DNA of 63,548 nucleotides, filler included, from Lenisia limosa (Eukaryota; Protista; Breviatea), in NCBI GenBank assembly GCA_001655205.1. It is 6 parts of 6 records of this genome, joined end to end, with 100 filler letters (N's around TTAATTAATTAA, not from the genome) between each part and the next. Parts side by side here need not be neighbours in the genome. Positions count along the whole stretch, not along the records: positions 1 to 31,812 come from LPNZ01010009.1; 5 more parts are not named here. One strand, given 5' to 3'. The notes beneath the pieces were generated by a model, which was not told where the DNA came from, made no database searches, and saw only the letters and a list, made by a program, of their open reading frames with translations. Shown here piece after piece: positions 1 through 13,300 of the stretch. A program made the position numbers and the translations under genes. The stretch's first letter is position 1; every line of letters begins with the position of its first letter.

Positions 1-119
1 ATATATAATTATATATAATATTATATCTATATATATATATATGTGTGTGTGTGTGTATCATATCTGTTTACAGAGATTCAACCAACCTCAACTTGAATTT
101 TAACGGGTGGTGTATCTTG

Positions 120-3100
120 TCTGAAAGAATAAGACAAATCAAGAAGCTGAATAAGATGAAGCCTTCCCCCAGCTCACATGGAGAGCGACGGAAGAGCTTT
201 GGTGGGATTTAGGTCAGATGTGGGCTTTTCCTTCGGTTTCTTTTCACTGCCATCGTGTGGAGTCAGCAAAGGTTTCAGGACAGCGATGTTGTCACTATTC
301 AAGGCCGCGTCGGAAAGGTTCAGAGCAATGACTGGAGGGAGGCTTGGGATGGATTTACTACAAAGTCAGGAATATAGCAAAAATGAGAAAAGCAATGAGT
401 ATGTATACATACATGCATAGTATATGGGTATGTATGTTACTACATCGCTAAGTCATTATTACCCCAATCTCCGTCCATTATTTGTAGCAAAATGAGAAAA
501 GTAACCAGTATCTAGCGTTAAGCTTATCATTATTCCTATTCCTCAAGACCGCTTAACTCACCAAAGCAAAAGGGCTGCAGCTGGAGCTGGAAGGTCGCTT
601 TTCGATAAATCTAGCCTACTAAGCCTAACAAGTAAATAGGTTAAAATATGGAGAATTAACCACATTGAATCAACTGTCAAGAAAAGCAGCGTTCACCACC
701 AGAAGAATTCCCCCTCAACATACCGTTTCAGCGCAGTCAGGCCAGTCAAGGCCGTTTCAAGTCTTCTCTGCGACCATGAATCGCCACCTGTCGTGCCTAT
801 AGTATGTGAATCCCACAAGTTAACTAACCATTCAGATATGGTCTTGTTCGATTTATCGCGATTCCGTTGATGTAAGTTGATGCAACTGATGCAACACGAC
901 CCGCTCTTTCAGGTCCGGCAATATGATTTTTGTTGAATCCTAAATAATGGTTAATTTGATTATGCACGCACTTACAGAAAATGAATATATACTATTTCTA
1001 CCAACCTTCATCACCGCGAGTGAAAAAAAGATTATGGTCCAGTTCAGGACTAAAAGGTCAGCAGGAAATATGACAATTCATCATTTTCAAAGACGCAAGA
1101 TTACAACGGGCCAATCCGCCAGAATCATTTCAAATAATAATGTAACAGATTTTTATTTTGAAGCACAAAAAGCCGTCCTCAAGTTAATCGCACAGGACCA
1201 TCGAATAATTCTGTACATATCACCAACCAACCCAAGAGTTGACGAAATGGTAGCACTAGCCAAAATTCCGACTGCGCGGTGGCGCGAATCGGCTCCCGTA
1301 ATCTCGACTGGGTGGCCAAATGACGCCACCGCAAGAGGTGGGGGCAAAAACGGTCCAATGGGTGCGAACGCTAAAAATATGATGGCAACAGACATGGTTA
1401 TTAAATAATAGAAGAATGTTTAAACAAATTCTATTTCTGGTAAAAGTACCTGGTGTTTCCGAGAGGATTCGATAAGGGTCACAACTGGAAACAATGCTCT
1501 TTGGAAGTGATGTAGACAACCACCATTCAGGGTCGTGAGGAACAGTGTGAGACAGTCTATATAAATGATGCTAATTAGTTGATTATGCCGGTAATTTGAA
1601 GCACAGTCCTCGGGTAAGACTTGCGAAATATCAATAATGATCAGAATTTATGGAGAATTCAGCCTTTTGAAACATCGCAGCAAACAATAGCAATGAATAG
1701 AGTCCATTTACCGTTTGAATAGAGCTGCCCATATCGGAGAAAGTGAGATATCTCTTCTCTAAGCTGGTAAGTCTATTTTGGTTCAGTAAATACATACTTC
1801 CCGGATGAGGATCACTTCTGCTTTCAAGAGAGCAGCAATCGATAGATTGGCCAGAACCTAGTTTGTCAATTTGTTAGATGGAGTTAAACTCCTTGGCATC
1901 CACAAACCAATGTGACGGCTTCACTTGAGAGATTTCCGAAGGTGCTTAGATCTGTGACAGTCAGAACGTTAAACAATTGAACAGTGACTATTGTATTCGA
2001 AATTACAACCCCTCCAAGTAATCCTCAAAAGATCAATGAATCTAAGTTGGCTTTTGCATTCTTAAGATCTTACAGTGTAGCTATTATCATCACCTATTGA
2101 TACATCCAGTATGTAAGACCTTTTGCATGTTGATAAATTGAGGTTGCCACCTCAAACATCAGTATACATGTTCCATCAGTAGAACCTAACGAATCATTCG
2201 TTGAAAGTTGTATCTAGATCAAATCTGTCACTACCCTTTTCCAAACCCAACCTGAAAAGTGATGTGCGATGACTTGGGCAGCTGAAGAGGCGAGGGAGGG
2301 AATTTGAAGATAGTCTGCCATCCCTAAGGTTTCCAGCCCATCTTCTGATTGAATCGTAACATCTTTCTAATAATATTATTTGAAATCTTTCCTGATTTGC
2401 AAGTCACTAGCGTTTGATATTAGTTCAGAAGTATTGTTCAGCCTACATGCTTGAGGGCTTCAGCGATATACCCAATGACATTCGGTCCGCACTGCAACCG
2501 GAGCACCCCGGTTGTTGACTCCAAAAAACCGCCTAGATAGTATTAGTGTGCGCAGGAGACATGGAACTCTTTCCAGTTGGCCGAGCTTGTTGGGTAGGTC
2601 TGCAAGGAATGTTAAAGTTGCAGGATGTTATACTGGAAATATTGCAAGGAAGTGTAAGAAGAAAAGGGGTTTTCAAACTTTTCGAGAGGGAACCGGGGTA
2701 ATGTGACCATGACAATAATTTTCCCTCACCCCCCATCATAAACTATAGTAATAGTAATAGTAATAGTAATAGTAATAGTAATAATAATAGTAATAATTCA
2801 ACCAATGAGTATAACGGTATTTACAGAACCAAAATACTGATTATTTGCAAAAAGAAGGGAAAAAAAAAAAAAAAAAAAAAANNNNNNNNNNNNNNNNNNN
2901 NNNNNNNNNNNNNNNNNNNNNNNNNNNNNNNNNNNNNNNNNNNNNNNNNNNNNNNNNNNNNNNNNNNNGAAAGAAGCAAGTTCCAACACAGCTTTCGATA
3001 ATCCCAATAATATAAGATGAGACGGAAGCAGACCTGAACACATGAGGTTGATGACAGGCCACTTAGAAATGACGGACCTGGCCACGCTAACGGCCGGGCC

Positions 3101-3379
3101 TGTCAGGCCCACAAGGCTCATCACGTCATCGTCGTCTTCGGACCAGTTGATCGAGTCTCCATCCGACTCTTGCTGGGGGGTAGCGTCATTGTCTTCAAAT
3201 TCCTCGAGGCTCTCAGGTGGAGTTTGTTCCTTTGCGTCAGGCGTTTGTCGTCGCTGTGTGGCCTGGATTGTTGGTTGGAACGGCGTTGAGAGTTGGCTGA
3301 TCGGAAGCGGCGCTCCTCTCTGGCTAAGGAAAAGGTTGGGCAACGGCCGACTTCCAAGTCTCGCCTTCGGAATGGACAT
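120..3379 (-). CDS. Multi-exon BTB/POZ-BACK-like protein with acidic low-complexity N-terminus; limits approximate
   Basis: Minus-strand exon translations GGFLESTTGVLRLQCGPNVIGYIAEALKH (~2450-2540), KDVTIQSEDGLETLGMADYLQIPSLASSAAQVI (~2265-2365), STDGTCILMFEVATSIY and DLSTFGNLSSEAVTL follow the BTB then BACK pattern. Putative first exon MSIPKARLG...SEDDDD at 3379-3070. The C-terminal part was not identified. Confidence 0.5.
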
Positions 3380-3696
3380 GCCTTAGGGTTCATTGTTTTC
3401 CAATAATAGCCTCATCTTGAGAAATGTTTTGGTAAGGAATAGGTGGGGGGGAGGGCTATCAGTGCACGCAGATGCTTTGAAACGTTCCCATCTGTCTACG
3501 TTTCCTGAGATATAATTAAGGAAGGTCTGAGGAGTGGCAAGGTGGTGAAGCAGTGAAGGTGGCAAGGGAGAGAAAAGAGAGGGTGAAACATGATTGATCG
3601 ACACCCCATGTTCAATGGGTATAAAAAAGAAACAAGGGAGGTAATAGTAGTCCATCAATACCCGCCAATTAAGGAATTTTCTTTGTGTAGGGCAGC

Positions 3697-6099
3697 ATGG
3701 ACGACCATAGCCTTGCTCTTATCAACACTTTTCAAGAAATCTCTGGAATTGAAGATTTAGATCGGGCAAAAGACCTTCTTGAGGTAGTTGCCCAACTTCC
3801 AACTTGGGTTTATTTGACCTATTTTCACCGATTTTAGTCATGCAATTGGAACATTGAGATGGCAGTCAACACACACTTTGCAATGATGGATGGATCACAA
3901 GCACCACAAACACAGGACTTGCCTTCTTATGAAGATGCTGGTTGGGGGTATTATTTATTACATAATACATAATACATAATAGGTTGAACTAACTTGTTAA
4001 CGTGCCTTTTAGTGAACGAACCTGCCCAACCATCCCAACAATTTTTCCAACAAAATAATCCCTTCAATACCCGCTCTGAGGAACAGAATCAGCCCGAGGA
4101 AGAAGCAGTTGAAGTCGAAGGTCTGATGGAGACATGGGAAGTAGGGTGGACCTCTACTCTCTCTCATGGATGGCAATAATTAGATATTGGCACAACCACA
4201 CTGGTAAACAAATTTACTTTTCAGGACCTAGTTTTTGGACCTATATATGGTCGTTTTTCACTTCGTTCTTCTCCATCTTTTTCGAGTCTCTTTCGACTCC
4301 AAGTCAAAGCCCCGCAGAATTTATTGATAAATTCAAGGTGGGATACTCGTCACTGTCTGGAAATCATGCTGTTGTTGACGTCATTCTTCAGGGGGAGTTT
4401 GGAGACCTGAATTTCCCTGCTTTCTCGACTCGTCAATTTCATGAGGTATTTTGGTATTTTATGTCCTTTTAAAACTAAAACTCATCTTTTATCGATATGT
4501 GTCATCATGATACCAACAATCATAAATCTGCATCGTGAAAACCATTATTTTGTGGATTTTTTTTGGAACGAAGGGTATCCTGCTTATAACCACTCAGGCT
4601 GTAATGTCGTGCAAAGAGGAAGGCAAACTGATGTTGGTGTATTTACATAAGGCAAACGACCCTCTTTGCTCAGCTTTTGTCAGGTAACTTTGTTATACTG
4701 TGGCTTACCCTCAAGAAATGTCTTAGCAAACCCTGAAGTCAGTGCATTGGTTAGTGAAACAATTGTTTGGGGTGGAGACGCGTCATTTGAACCTGCCGCT
4801 TCCGTGGCCTCTTCTTTCAGAGTTTCCGCTCCATTTCTAGGTATCAGGCGCAGTACCTTGTCCCAATTCTTATCTTCATTTCTCGATGGCGGCATTCTCT
4901 TTGGATTGTGATTGTTCAGGAGTAATGGCCCCTCGCGGTCAGCATAATCAGGTTGTGTTGGCAGGCAGAATGACAGGCTCAGCTGGACCACAGGCTGCTT
5001 TACGTCTGATCAAACCGGTTCGATATCTACCCACTCTTGACCTAAGTAACAGATTTGACTGTTTAGTTTGTGGAAATGATGAAGCGACAGGGTGAGGAAG
5101 AGCGCAACAGACAAGCAGCTTTGGAAATTGAAAAGAACCTCATGTAAGTTCTTTTCTGGCCCCAATGTCATGGCCTAGGGAGCAACAGAGGAGAGAGTTT
5201 GAAGAGAGCTTGGCAGCTGATAAGGCTGCAAAGGACGAAAAAGAGAAAATCGAGGAGTAAGCACCTTGTCGAAACTCACCCATCTCTAGAGAACAGCAAA
5301 GCCAAGAAAGAAAGCACCAATCTTTATTGCAGCAAAGAAGAGAGGAAACTGCCTCAATCAAACCGGAATATACTGGTATGTGGTTGATTAATCATTTTGA
5401 GAAAAAAAATACTCCCACATAGATACCCTGTTTATTTAACTGTATTCTTGTTCTCAAAAAATATTTCTCACTATTACTAACATTGACTAGGAGAAAATGC
5501 CGCTAAAATTGCTGTTGTTTTGCCAAATGGTCAAAGAGTACAAAGAGCGTGAGGGGTGTTTTGGGTGGGGTAATACATACATACAGTATGTGATATGTAT
5601 ATATATATCATATAGTATATATATATATATATATTAAACCATATCCACTCAGTGATATGATGATATGACCAACTTTCAAGTCGAAATGATGATCGAAGAT
5701 AGCACGAGGGTTGTCAATTATCAACGAGTGGATATGAGGTATCGTATCACACGTGATCACCCAAAAAATGATATGATCAATAAAATTCGGATTAAGTAGC
5801 AACCCTTACTGTTTCAGTTTCGAAGTGGATGATACGCTTTCTTCTCTGTTCATTTGGGTACAAAGCCACGACCCAGGCCTGTCTTGGGATTTCTCCGTTT
5901 CCCTTGTGCAAAACTACCCCAACAAAGTCTTCCTTCCTTCAGATCAGGTATTGGTGGAGGGGGGGAGAGAATGATAAAGGAGAACCGAAAAACAAAAAGT
6001 TTTACCTATCATCTGACGATCCAGACCCTCAGTGAGGCTGGATTGGCGCCAAAATCGCTATTGCGCGTGATGGATGCCAATTTGAGTAATGACTCATAG
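3697..6099 (+). CDS. FAF2: FAF2/UBXD8/Ubx2-like p97 adaptor (UBA - hydrophobic hairpin - UAS - coiled coil - UBX)
   Basis: Exons: MDDHSLALINTFQEISGIEDLDRAKDLLE / SCNWNIEMAVNTHF (UBA); FWTYIWSFFTSFFSIFF (hairpin); NVLANPEVSALVSETIVWGGDASFEPAASVASSFRVSAPFLG (UAS); REQQRREFEESLAADKAAKDEKEK (coiled coil); KIAVVLPNGQRVQR and QTLSEAGLAPKSLLRVMDANLSNDS* (UBX; TAG at 6097-6099). Confidence 0.88.
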
Positions 6100-6158
6100 T
6101 TAGTTTCTTGGTTCCTTTTTGATACAGTTACATTATTTGCATTTCACAATAGGTTGGG

Positions 6159-6870
6159 TTAAGAAATAACGAGCTCCTTGAATCCCGTTTTCTCATCTTG
6201 TTCCCTCCTATGGTTGTTATGACGAAGCATTAATACGTTACCTCATTGTAAACGGTAGAGGTTGATAAACGATTTCTGCTGTCGTATGGATGGTGGAGCC
6301 GGGCTTCAGGTGACCTCCAATAACAACCCCCTTTTCGTCTGAGCAGCTAAACTGTCAATCGGAGAACAAGAAGATTTTCCTCACAGGATGCTTTTGGAAA
6401 ACAAAAGCTTTTAATATTTGTCATAAATCTAAACTTGTTTATGCTTATACCCCTAGCAGAATTCACACTCAATTCACTTCGCCCACCTTATGTGAAGATG
6501 AATGCCGTCTTGAGTATACGTTCCCACCAAAGAAACAATCTCCAGGGATCCTAAAGAATCACATTTAGCATTTAACTCACGGTCCACTTCAATCATATCC
6601 AAGTTGGCTGTCCGAATCACGAGCTTTTCTAACGAACCGACACAGGTCAAAATGGCCCCTTGGCTCTGTAAATTTCAGTGTGAACTTGGTATGGCGCTGA
6701 TATGCATGATAGAGTGCTCACTGGTAACTTTGTTATTTCATTGTAAAGGTCTTGTCCGTTCTTTAACCTGATGGCCTTGGGGTAGAAAGGGTCTTGGAAC
6801 TGAGGATGTGATTGTGACCCTTCTAGATGTCCAATCCAAGGTTTATCCAAGAAATTCCCAACATACAAGG
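6159..6870 (-). CDS. PPC (DUF296) domain, encoded by the 3' exons of a minus-strand gene
   Basis: Exons read KAIRLKNGQDLYNEITK / GAILTCVGSLEKLVIRTAN / GSLEIVSLVGTYTQDGIHLHIS / CSDEKGVVIGGHLKPGSTIHTTAEIV / REQDEKTGFKELVIS*. These are the PPC hallmarks: RLxxGxD, EIVSLxG, HLHIS, GGHL. Confidence 0.88.
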
Positions 6871-6899
6871 AACACAGGATAAAAAGTTAAGAGCAGCAT

Positions 6900-8060
6900 T
6901 GTCTCAAGCCCTCACCCTAGTTCTTTCAAACCTTGGAGCAAAACCTCCTCGGAGCAAAAGTTTACATTTGATATGCCATGATACGTATCTACTATGACAT
7001 GTATGGTATATCATATGATATGCAGTAACCATAATAATGCACAATGTCCTCGTATCATCCCTTGAAGATAATGCTAGAATATCAAAGAACACCCGATTCC
7101 AACCACGCGAAGAACCAATGCTGCAACAAGGGCCTGTAATTGTCAGTTGTGGAGAAGGTAGCCTGTCCGTAAAAAGGGCCATCCTTATCCTTGGAGAGAT
7201 ATATATATCTTCACCTCCATGAGACAACAATACTTCTGATGTAATACAATTTCATATAGTACTTATGTAATTTCCGTTATGTATATTAGAAAAAGTGGCT
7301 ACATTATGAAAACATTTGTATCGTCTGCTTGGTTGGTATGACAAAAATATACCACCCCGTCAGGCAGAATAAACTATTTTACTCTCAACAATACAAAATT
7401 GTATTTATGACCACATATGGAAGGTATGAATATTGTTCCTATCCAACAAACCACAAGAATAACAACAAAGGCTTGGGCTTGAAATTCACCTCCCAAGTGC
7501 TGGCTTAATCCTTCCCAATCTAGCATGCTCTGGATAATCAACGGAGTGAATAAATGATTTATGTTCATTGTTGGAGGTTATTCAACTCCCCCTTGGTTCA
7601 TTCCCAATGAGGCATATAAAACTTTTCCCCCTTTTAATATAATACCTCCAAGAGTAGATATAACTTCTTGTTTCAATCCCTGGATACAGCTTCTCCCTGA
7701 GGTAGATGATATCTTCTGCACCTAAATATACCAATTATCCTTGTCTAAAATATCCCCACAAAACAATGAAAATGAATACCCCCCCCACACACACACTGAA
7801 GCGTGTCCTCCGTTCAACAAAAACTTGTAGTAGGGGTGGGTGGGGAAGTGTTATGCTGGTAAAGGAAATTGCCGTTTCCGGTTAACTATTTGCTAAAAAA
7901 AAAAGTAAACAAAAAAAACACTGAAAAAAATCCCCAAAAAGAAAAAAGTAGTAGCTTTCTCAATTCGTTACGGGATAAGCTGTAATTTCGGACATTCACA
8001 ATGTCACCCGGGTTAACTCCCGCACTCCATATCCCACTCTTTCCTTGATATCATCTGAAT
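6900..8060 (-). CDS. Unassigned minus-strand exons between RCE1 and the PPC domain
   Basis: GT-AG-bounded open segments, e.g. GKSGIWSAGVNPGDIVNVRNYS, AEDIIYLREKLYPGIETRSYIYSW, HARLGRIKPALG, FCSEEVLLQGLKELG. No family recognised. Confidence 0.4.
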
Positions 8061-8067
8061 ATACAAA

Positions 8068-9510
8068 TCACATCCAGGTCACATCTATATCTTCGATTAA
8101 GATGAGACTGTGATGAAGGAAACCGAAGGGAACTGGAAATAATTCCGAATGCGCCAGTTTACGATAAAATTCAATTGTTCTACAAAAATCCATCAATTAC
8201 CCCATACAATTTCACCATGATCCACTTAGATAACAAAAAACCCTAAAATGAAGAGAGCCAAGCCTGTACAATACACCAAAATCACTGCAGTACCTACATT
8301 GTTAAACTCGTCAGGGTTTTAGGCCCTTTACTCAATGCTCAATCCTCGGTGTACCTCTCCTGAAATCATCTATGAACTCCGGGAAGCCGCACCAGTTACA
8401 GAAAGCATGTACAAGGAAGGCAGCGAGAATATGACTTCGGGCAATGCCGTTCACACAGATGTAGGTTGAATACATTCCAAATGGCCACGTGAAGACAGTT
8501 TTAAAACCTGATGCTGGGATAAAACTCTGTTGCTAAATGTATCGTTTGTAAAATGAAATAGAAATTCGACATCAAGCATACAGACAGTGAGTGCGAACAT
8601 AATTTTGTCATTTGCAGTTGGGTGGTCGCCCAGCGCTGTCAAGTGGCGGAAGTGGGCTACACATAAGGAACAAAGAAATGGGCTTACAGAGAGAAAAGAT
8701 ACCGGGGGTCAAGAAAACAAAAGTTGACCAGGAGTAATTTCCAGCTATTGAGTTAAAGGACGAGAACTAGTCAATACCCAACCAAAGAGCAGAGAGAGAA
8801 CTGGCCCTCTAAAAATAATTTCCTCAAAGAGTGGTCCCATCACGTTGTTGCGAATGCTCTGGTAGCTCAAAAGACCAAATGTGGTTGCTTGCCAATAACC
8901 CACGTCGAAAACTAGAGCTATTAGAAGAACTGCTTAGAGGAGACATAAATCACGGCAGTGTCGGCCAATAACAGTCACATAGTCTTTTCAAAACCCACAC
9001 ATACGAACGTTATCTTCTTTCATTTCGAGAACCCATGCAAAAAGTGGTCCAATGAACAGAATAATGGCATGTAACAGCGGAATAAACGTTGATAGATCAG
9101 GCATGTCCATCCCCAGTAACTTTGCTTGTGTTGTGAAGGCGATACAATGATACTATAAAGATAAGAATAATCAATAATCTCATTAGGTTTTGTTTTTGCA
9201 TTAAAAAAGAAGTGATGAAATTGTCATTATTCGTACCTCAGACATCAAGAAGACAGTAATTAGAGAAAGAAATGCCCCTATTGAGAGGGCTTTGTAACTA
9301 AAGTATCATTAATGGAAGAAGAGGATAATTCATTTGAAATATTTTTCCATATCGTACACCCAACTATGATACATATCACATATTCAATTCTCCATCCATC
9401 TTACCCTGCCATTATGAAAGAAGGGTGGTCACGGCTAACGCCAGAAGGTTTAAGAACATCAATCAACGCCACCGATGTTAAACTACAAAGTAAATGACGC
9501 TGTCTTCATT
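8068..9510 (-). CDS. RCE1: CAAX prenyl protease 2 (Rce1/Abi family intramembrane glutamate protease)
   Basis: Exons GVSRDHPSFI, LLHAIILFIGPLF, SIRNNVMGPLFEEIIFRG (EExxxR motif), PGIFS+VAHFRHL (FxxxH motif), SHILAAFLVHAFCNWCGFP (HxxxN motif), in the family order. Confidence 0.92.
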
Positions 9511-9689
9511 AAAATGTCAAAACAGGTCTGGTTACATTTACGTTTTCGACCCAGGTTGTTATCAAATAAAATCAGTAGCCCCCATCTCCTCCTATTTAAA
9601 CACTTGGTATCAGTAGCCCCCACCTCCTCCTATTTAAACACTTGGTATCAAAAATATTTTGAAAATCAGTTCATAATGAAACACATAAA

Positions 9690-10306
9690 TTTGAGAAACC
9701 TAAACAGTATCTGAGAAAGTTGCTGTGATTGGGTAACAAGAAAAAGTAAATATTTTGAAAGGCACTTCACACAAAACATTTCATCTTAGCAGACAGTATT
9801 TGTCTGATCAATTACTTGTATATACATGTGAGATGAGAGCCTTTGAGATACAATCTTGCCAAAGCTAGCAATCTCACACAAATACAAACCAAATAGAGTA
9901 CTGTTGTGGTCTCCTTCAAACCTTAATATCACCGCAAGTATGCTGGACAATGGCGACAACAGGCACTGCTCTGCTACTTCTATCCTCGTTTCCATCTCCA
10001 AATAAAGAGTATATATCTCTGTAAAAAATCAGAACATAATAATAATGTGCATATGTGCATCACCCCCCCTCTCTCTCTTATAAATCATCTCACCTGTTGT
10101 CGTTTGTTGTCGGTAAAACAGATGTATACTGGAGTATCAAATCAGGCGAGTAAATCGGGCCGGCCAGCGACCATCGACGGAGGTAGTAAGACGCAGGCGG
10201 GTTCAGATGGCTGAGTTTTTCACAACTGTCCCACCCGGCGGCGTGGACTATTCCGGTTTTTTTTGGAAAAAGTGGGGGGAAGACCTTTTAGACGGTGAAA
10301 TGACAT
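9690..10306 (-). CDS. Unassigned minus-strand exons upstream of RCE1 (a separate small gene or an RCE1 N-terminal extension)
   Basis: ATG at 10306 plus a short intron gives MSFHRLKVHAAGWDSCEKLSHLNPPASYYLRRWSLAGPIYSPDFDTPVYICFTDNKRQQ, ending at a CAG|GTGAGA donor. Downstream exon phasing is unresolved. Confidence 0.35.
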
Positions 10307-10359
10307 ATATTGTGTTGAAAAGTTGAGAACAACAAATAATTACAGTAGAGAGGGAGAGG

Positions 10360-13300
10360 ATGGAGTGGGCAACTCCTGTACAACCAAAAAAATCGTCCCT
10401 GGCTCAACCTGACTCCTCCGAGAGTCGCATTCGACTTGCATGTACTATTTTGCACCAATTAATTGATGAGAGCCGGGAAAGAAGTGGGCCCCTTGTCTCT
10501 TTCTCTTTTGGGGGAATTTTGATTTGGCTGCTGTTCAGGCGTCTCTTTTTTTCCATAATTTCAGCATATCTATCGTTTAGCTTTCTCTTTTTTTTGACTG
10601 CCAAGGTCTGCCGTTACCAGTGAGAAGACAGCTTCAGAACGTTGCCGCAATAGTTGAGGAGGAAGTGGCGGCTCTTGCGTCGTCTTATCGCGTTTGGGGG
10701 CACTCATTGGCAATCAGTGTCGCAGTTAATGCAGGAGTTAATATCTGTAGGGTCTCCTTAAAGACCTGGAGCATGAACGGTCAGGAGGCACTGGAGCGAC
10801 GCTAAGGCCAAGAGGACCGGTATACTTGAAACTCTCAGACATTTTAACGTTTTAGCCGCGCCACCCCCCACCAACACTCAATGCTGAAACACCTATTGAC
10901 CCGGCGCTTCACAAAAGTTTATTTGGTTTAATACTCTGCTCTGATGCACTCGGAAATTGTCACGCTATGAATGTCAACTATCTATGAATGTCCATTATCT
11001 TATCTTATAAGCGTGGTAGTGTGGACGGCTTTGGCCAGATACAACCTTGTTTTATTCCTCATCTCTCTCTATCTCATATAATATACATATATATATGCTT
11101 ATGCGCGCGCGCGCGTGTGTGTGTTTATCTCTGTGTGTGCTAGTGTGTGTGTGGGGGGGGGGGGGATTCAGGTTATTGTGACACCCCAGCAAGCACCCGT
11201 CCCCCAGTTTCGCCCAAGGTACCACAGTCATCAAAGACCAATCTGGTTTGTTACTGGGATAATGGTTCTCATTTACCAATCCAGAGCCCGGAAGACGTAC
11301 AAAACGGACTTGTGGCTGAACTGGCTTCCTTCGTCCCACCTTCTTCAATGGTATGTCTTGCCACAAGTAACCTACCGACTAAGATAACATGAGAGGGAGC
11401 ATTAGAGGGGATTACGGGGAGATGACATCATAATGTATATATGATGTGAGATATGTATTATAGATTACTTTTAATGTGGAAGAGTGTTGACTTTTGTTTA
11501 GAAAAATTCAACATCCAAACGAACACGGACATCTCGTCATACCCCTCCCATTCGCGTTCTGTGAGGGGGGTCTGGACTGGGCTTTTTTACAAAGTCCAAT
11601 TCGCAATATTGATTTTAATGCATTAGAATCAATTGATCCGGTTTATCGTTGATACATATGGTTGCAATGAAACGTTGATTTTAACATTTCAGTCCTAGCA
11701 CACCCGTCTCAATCAAGAAACCTCCTCCTCCTGAAGAATTCACTGGGTTTGCGGTGGTATTTTATTTTAACTATTTAGTCATAACAGTGTATTATATTTA
11801 ATGGAGGTTTAAAGCAAATATTTGGTAAATATTATAATAATCACTAATAAAAATGCAATGGTGTGATCAGCTTTGGTTAAATATCTCATATTATAGTGTA
11901 TGATATCCTCAGTATGTATTTGTATACTATATGTTTATATACATTTTTATGTATAGTATAATATATTACATATAGTATATGATATACTATACATACTATA
12001 TGCATATATACTACACATACATATGATATAATATATATATATAATATCATATACATATATGATATTATATGTACAGCGTAAAAAAATTTCGATTTGGTGG
12101 AATTTGTTCCTGATAATCAGTTGGTTTCACGATTGCAGAGAGGAGAGTGGAGGGTACGCGTCGCCGAAAACATTCCTGCAATCCTCGGCCATCAACGAGC
12201 CCGCCTACTCCAAGGATGAACTTGATGGCATTTACGCGAGAAGAGCCCTTCGTTTCTCCCCTCCAGTATGTTTCTACATTTTGTGTATGTTTCTAGTGTC
12301 TAACCTGCAAGGTGACACGGGGAAACCAGGTCGAGGAACCAGTGATACCGTCGGAAACGGAAGACCCGACTTCCCATCTCGAAGATAGTCTCACCGGTTG
12401 GTCCATGGTCCAATGCTGTTTCTCACTCCTCAGTCTCTGAACTCATGCTCTCTGTGGAGCCGGACCGAACAACCGGCAGCTTGGAGGACCTGGATGAGAT
12501 TAGTTCCGATGATAACGAGTGAGTAACCATTTGCCAGCTTCTCATGTTCATATCAGGCCGGAGCGTGAAATGGTAGACTTCGAAGATGCATTGGACAGCT
12601 TTGACCCCTATGTAAGCGTCTTTGTGATTTCCTTTATTCGTGATGGTGCAGATGGGGAGAGTAATGATTCAAATCGATCCTACATATCCTATGATGTTTT
12701 CAAATTTTGTTCGCATTGCGGCATATAACCACCCAGGGATCAGCGCCTGACATCGAAATTGACGACCAGGACTTTTCGGCAGTTCGGACGGTTGCCCTCT
12801 TTTCCCACGATCTTGAGGCTGACATAGTCCTGGCCGATGACGTGGCCCAAGTCTCCGGCATCCCCCCGCCCGACTCGGCCCGGGCATCGTCCTTGGTATG
12901 TCCATCAAGCTNNNNNNNNNNNNNNNNNNNNNNNNNNNNNNNNNNNNNNNNNNNNNNNNNNNNNNNNNNNNNNNNNNNNNNNNNNNNNNNNNNNNNNNNN
13001 NNNNNNNNNNNNNNNNNNNNNNNNNNNNNNNNNNNNNNNNNNNNNNNNNNNNNNNNNNNNNNNNNCACCTCACCAGACTTACTCCGTGCAGGTTCCTCTG
13101 GTTGGTGGGGGCAGTTGTTTCTTCCATAATTACCTTTTTGAATGGATGTATTAACTTCAGCGGCCATGGATTCTAATTATCATATAATATCATATGATAC
13201 AGTATACTACTACATATTTATACATATTACATATTACATATGATATAACATATGATGTATACATTATAGTACAATATGATCGACTTCTTCTGGAGTTTTT

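Noticed and set aside
1-60. AT/GT microsatellites here and at 2745-2795, 11100-11152, 38890-38960
   Set aside because: Ordinary simple repeats with no telomere-like unit or other structure.
555-620. Minus-strand RPSSSSCSPFALV resembling a Ty3/gypsy RT motif
   Set aside because: No YxDD, RNase H, integrase or LTRs nearby; a short chance match within the BTB gene region.
947-1408. 153-aa plus-strand ORF
   Set aside because: No recognisable motif, and it overlaps spliced minus-strand exons; probably an antisense shadow.
1430-1560. Stretch superficially resembling LSU rRNA
   Set aside because: No extended match to conserved rRNA helices. The minus strand reads as a GT-AG-bounded coding exon.
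7851-7853. In-frame TAA in a plausible coding frame, suggesting a non-standard genetic code
   Set aside because: Well-identified genes end in TAG (FAF2, STRA6-like) or TAA (PPC, RasGEF) at the expected positions, and conserved exons have no internal stops. This exon's frame is simply unresolved.
12912-13066. N runs as true sequencing gaps hiding genes
   Set aside because: They sit mostly in introns, and homopolymer or microsatellite starts are consistently left visible on their left edge, which is typical of low-complexity hard-masking. Their content cannot be evaluated.
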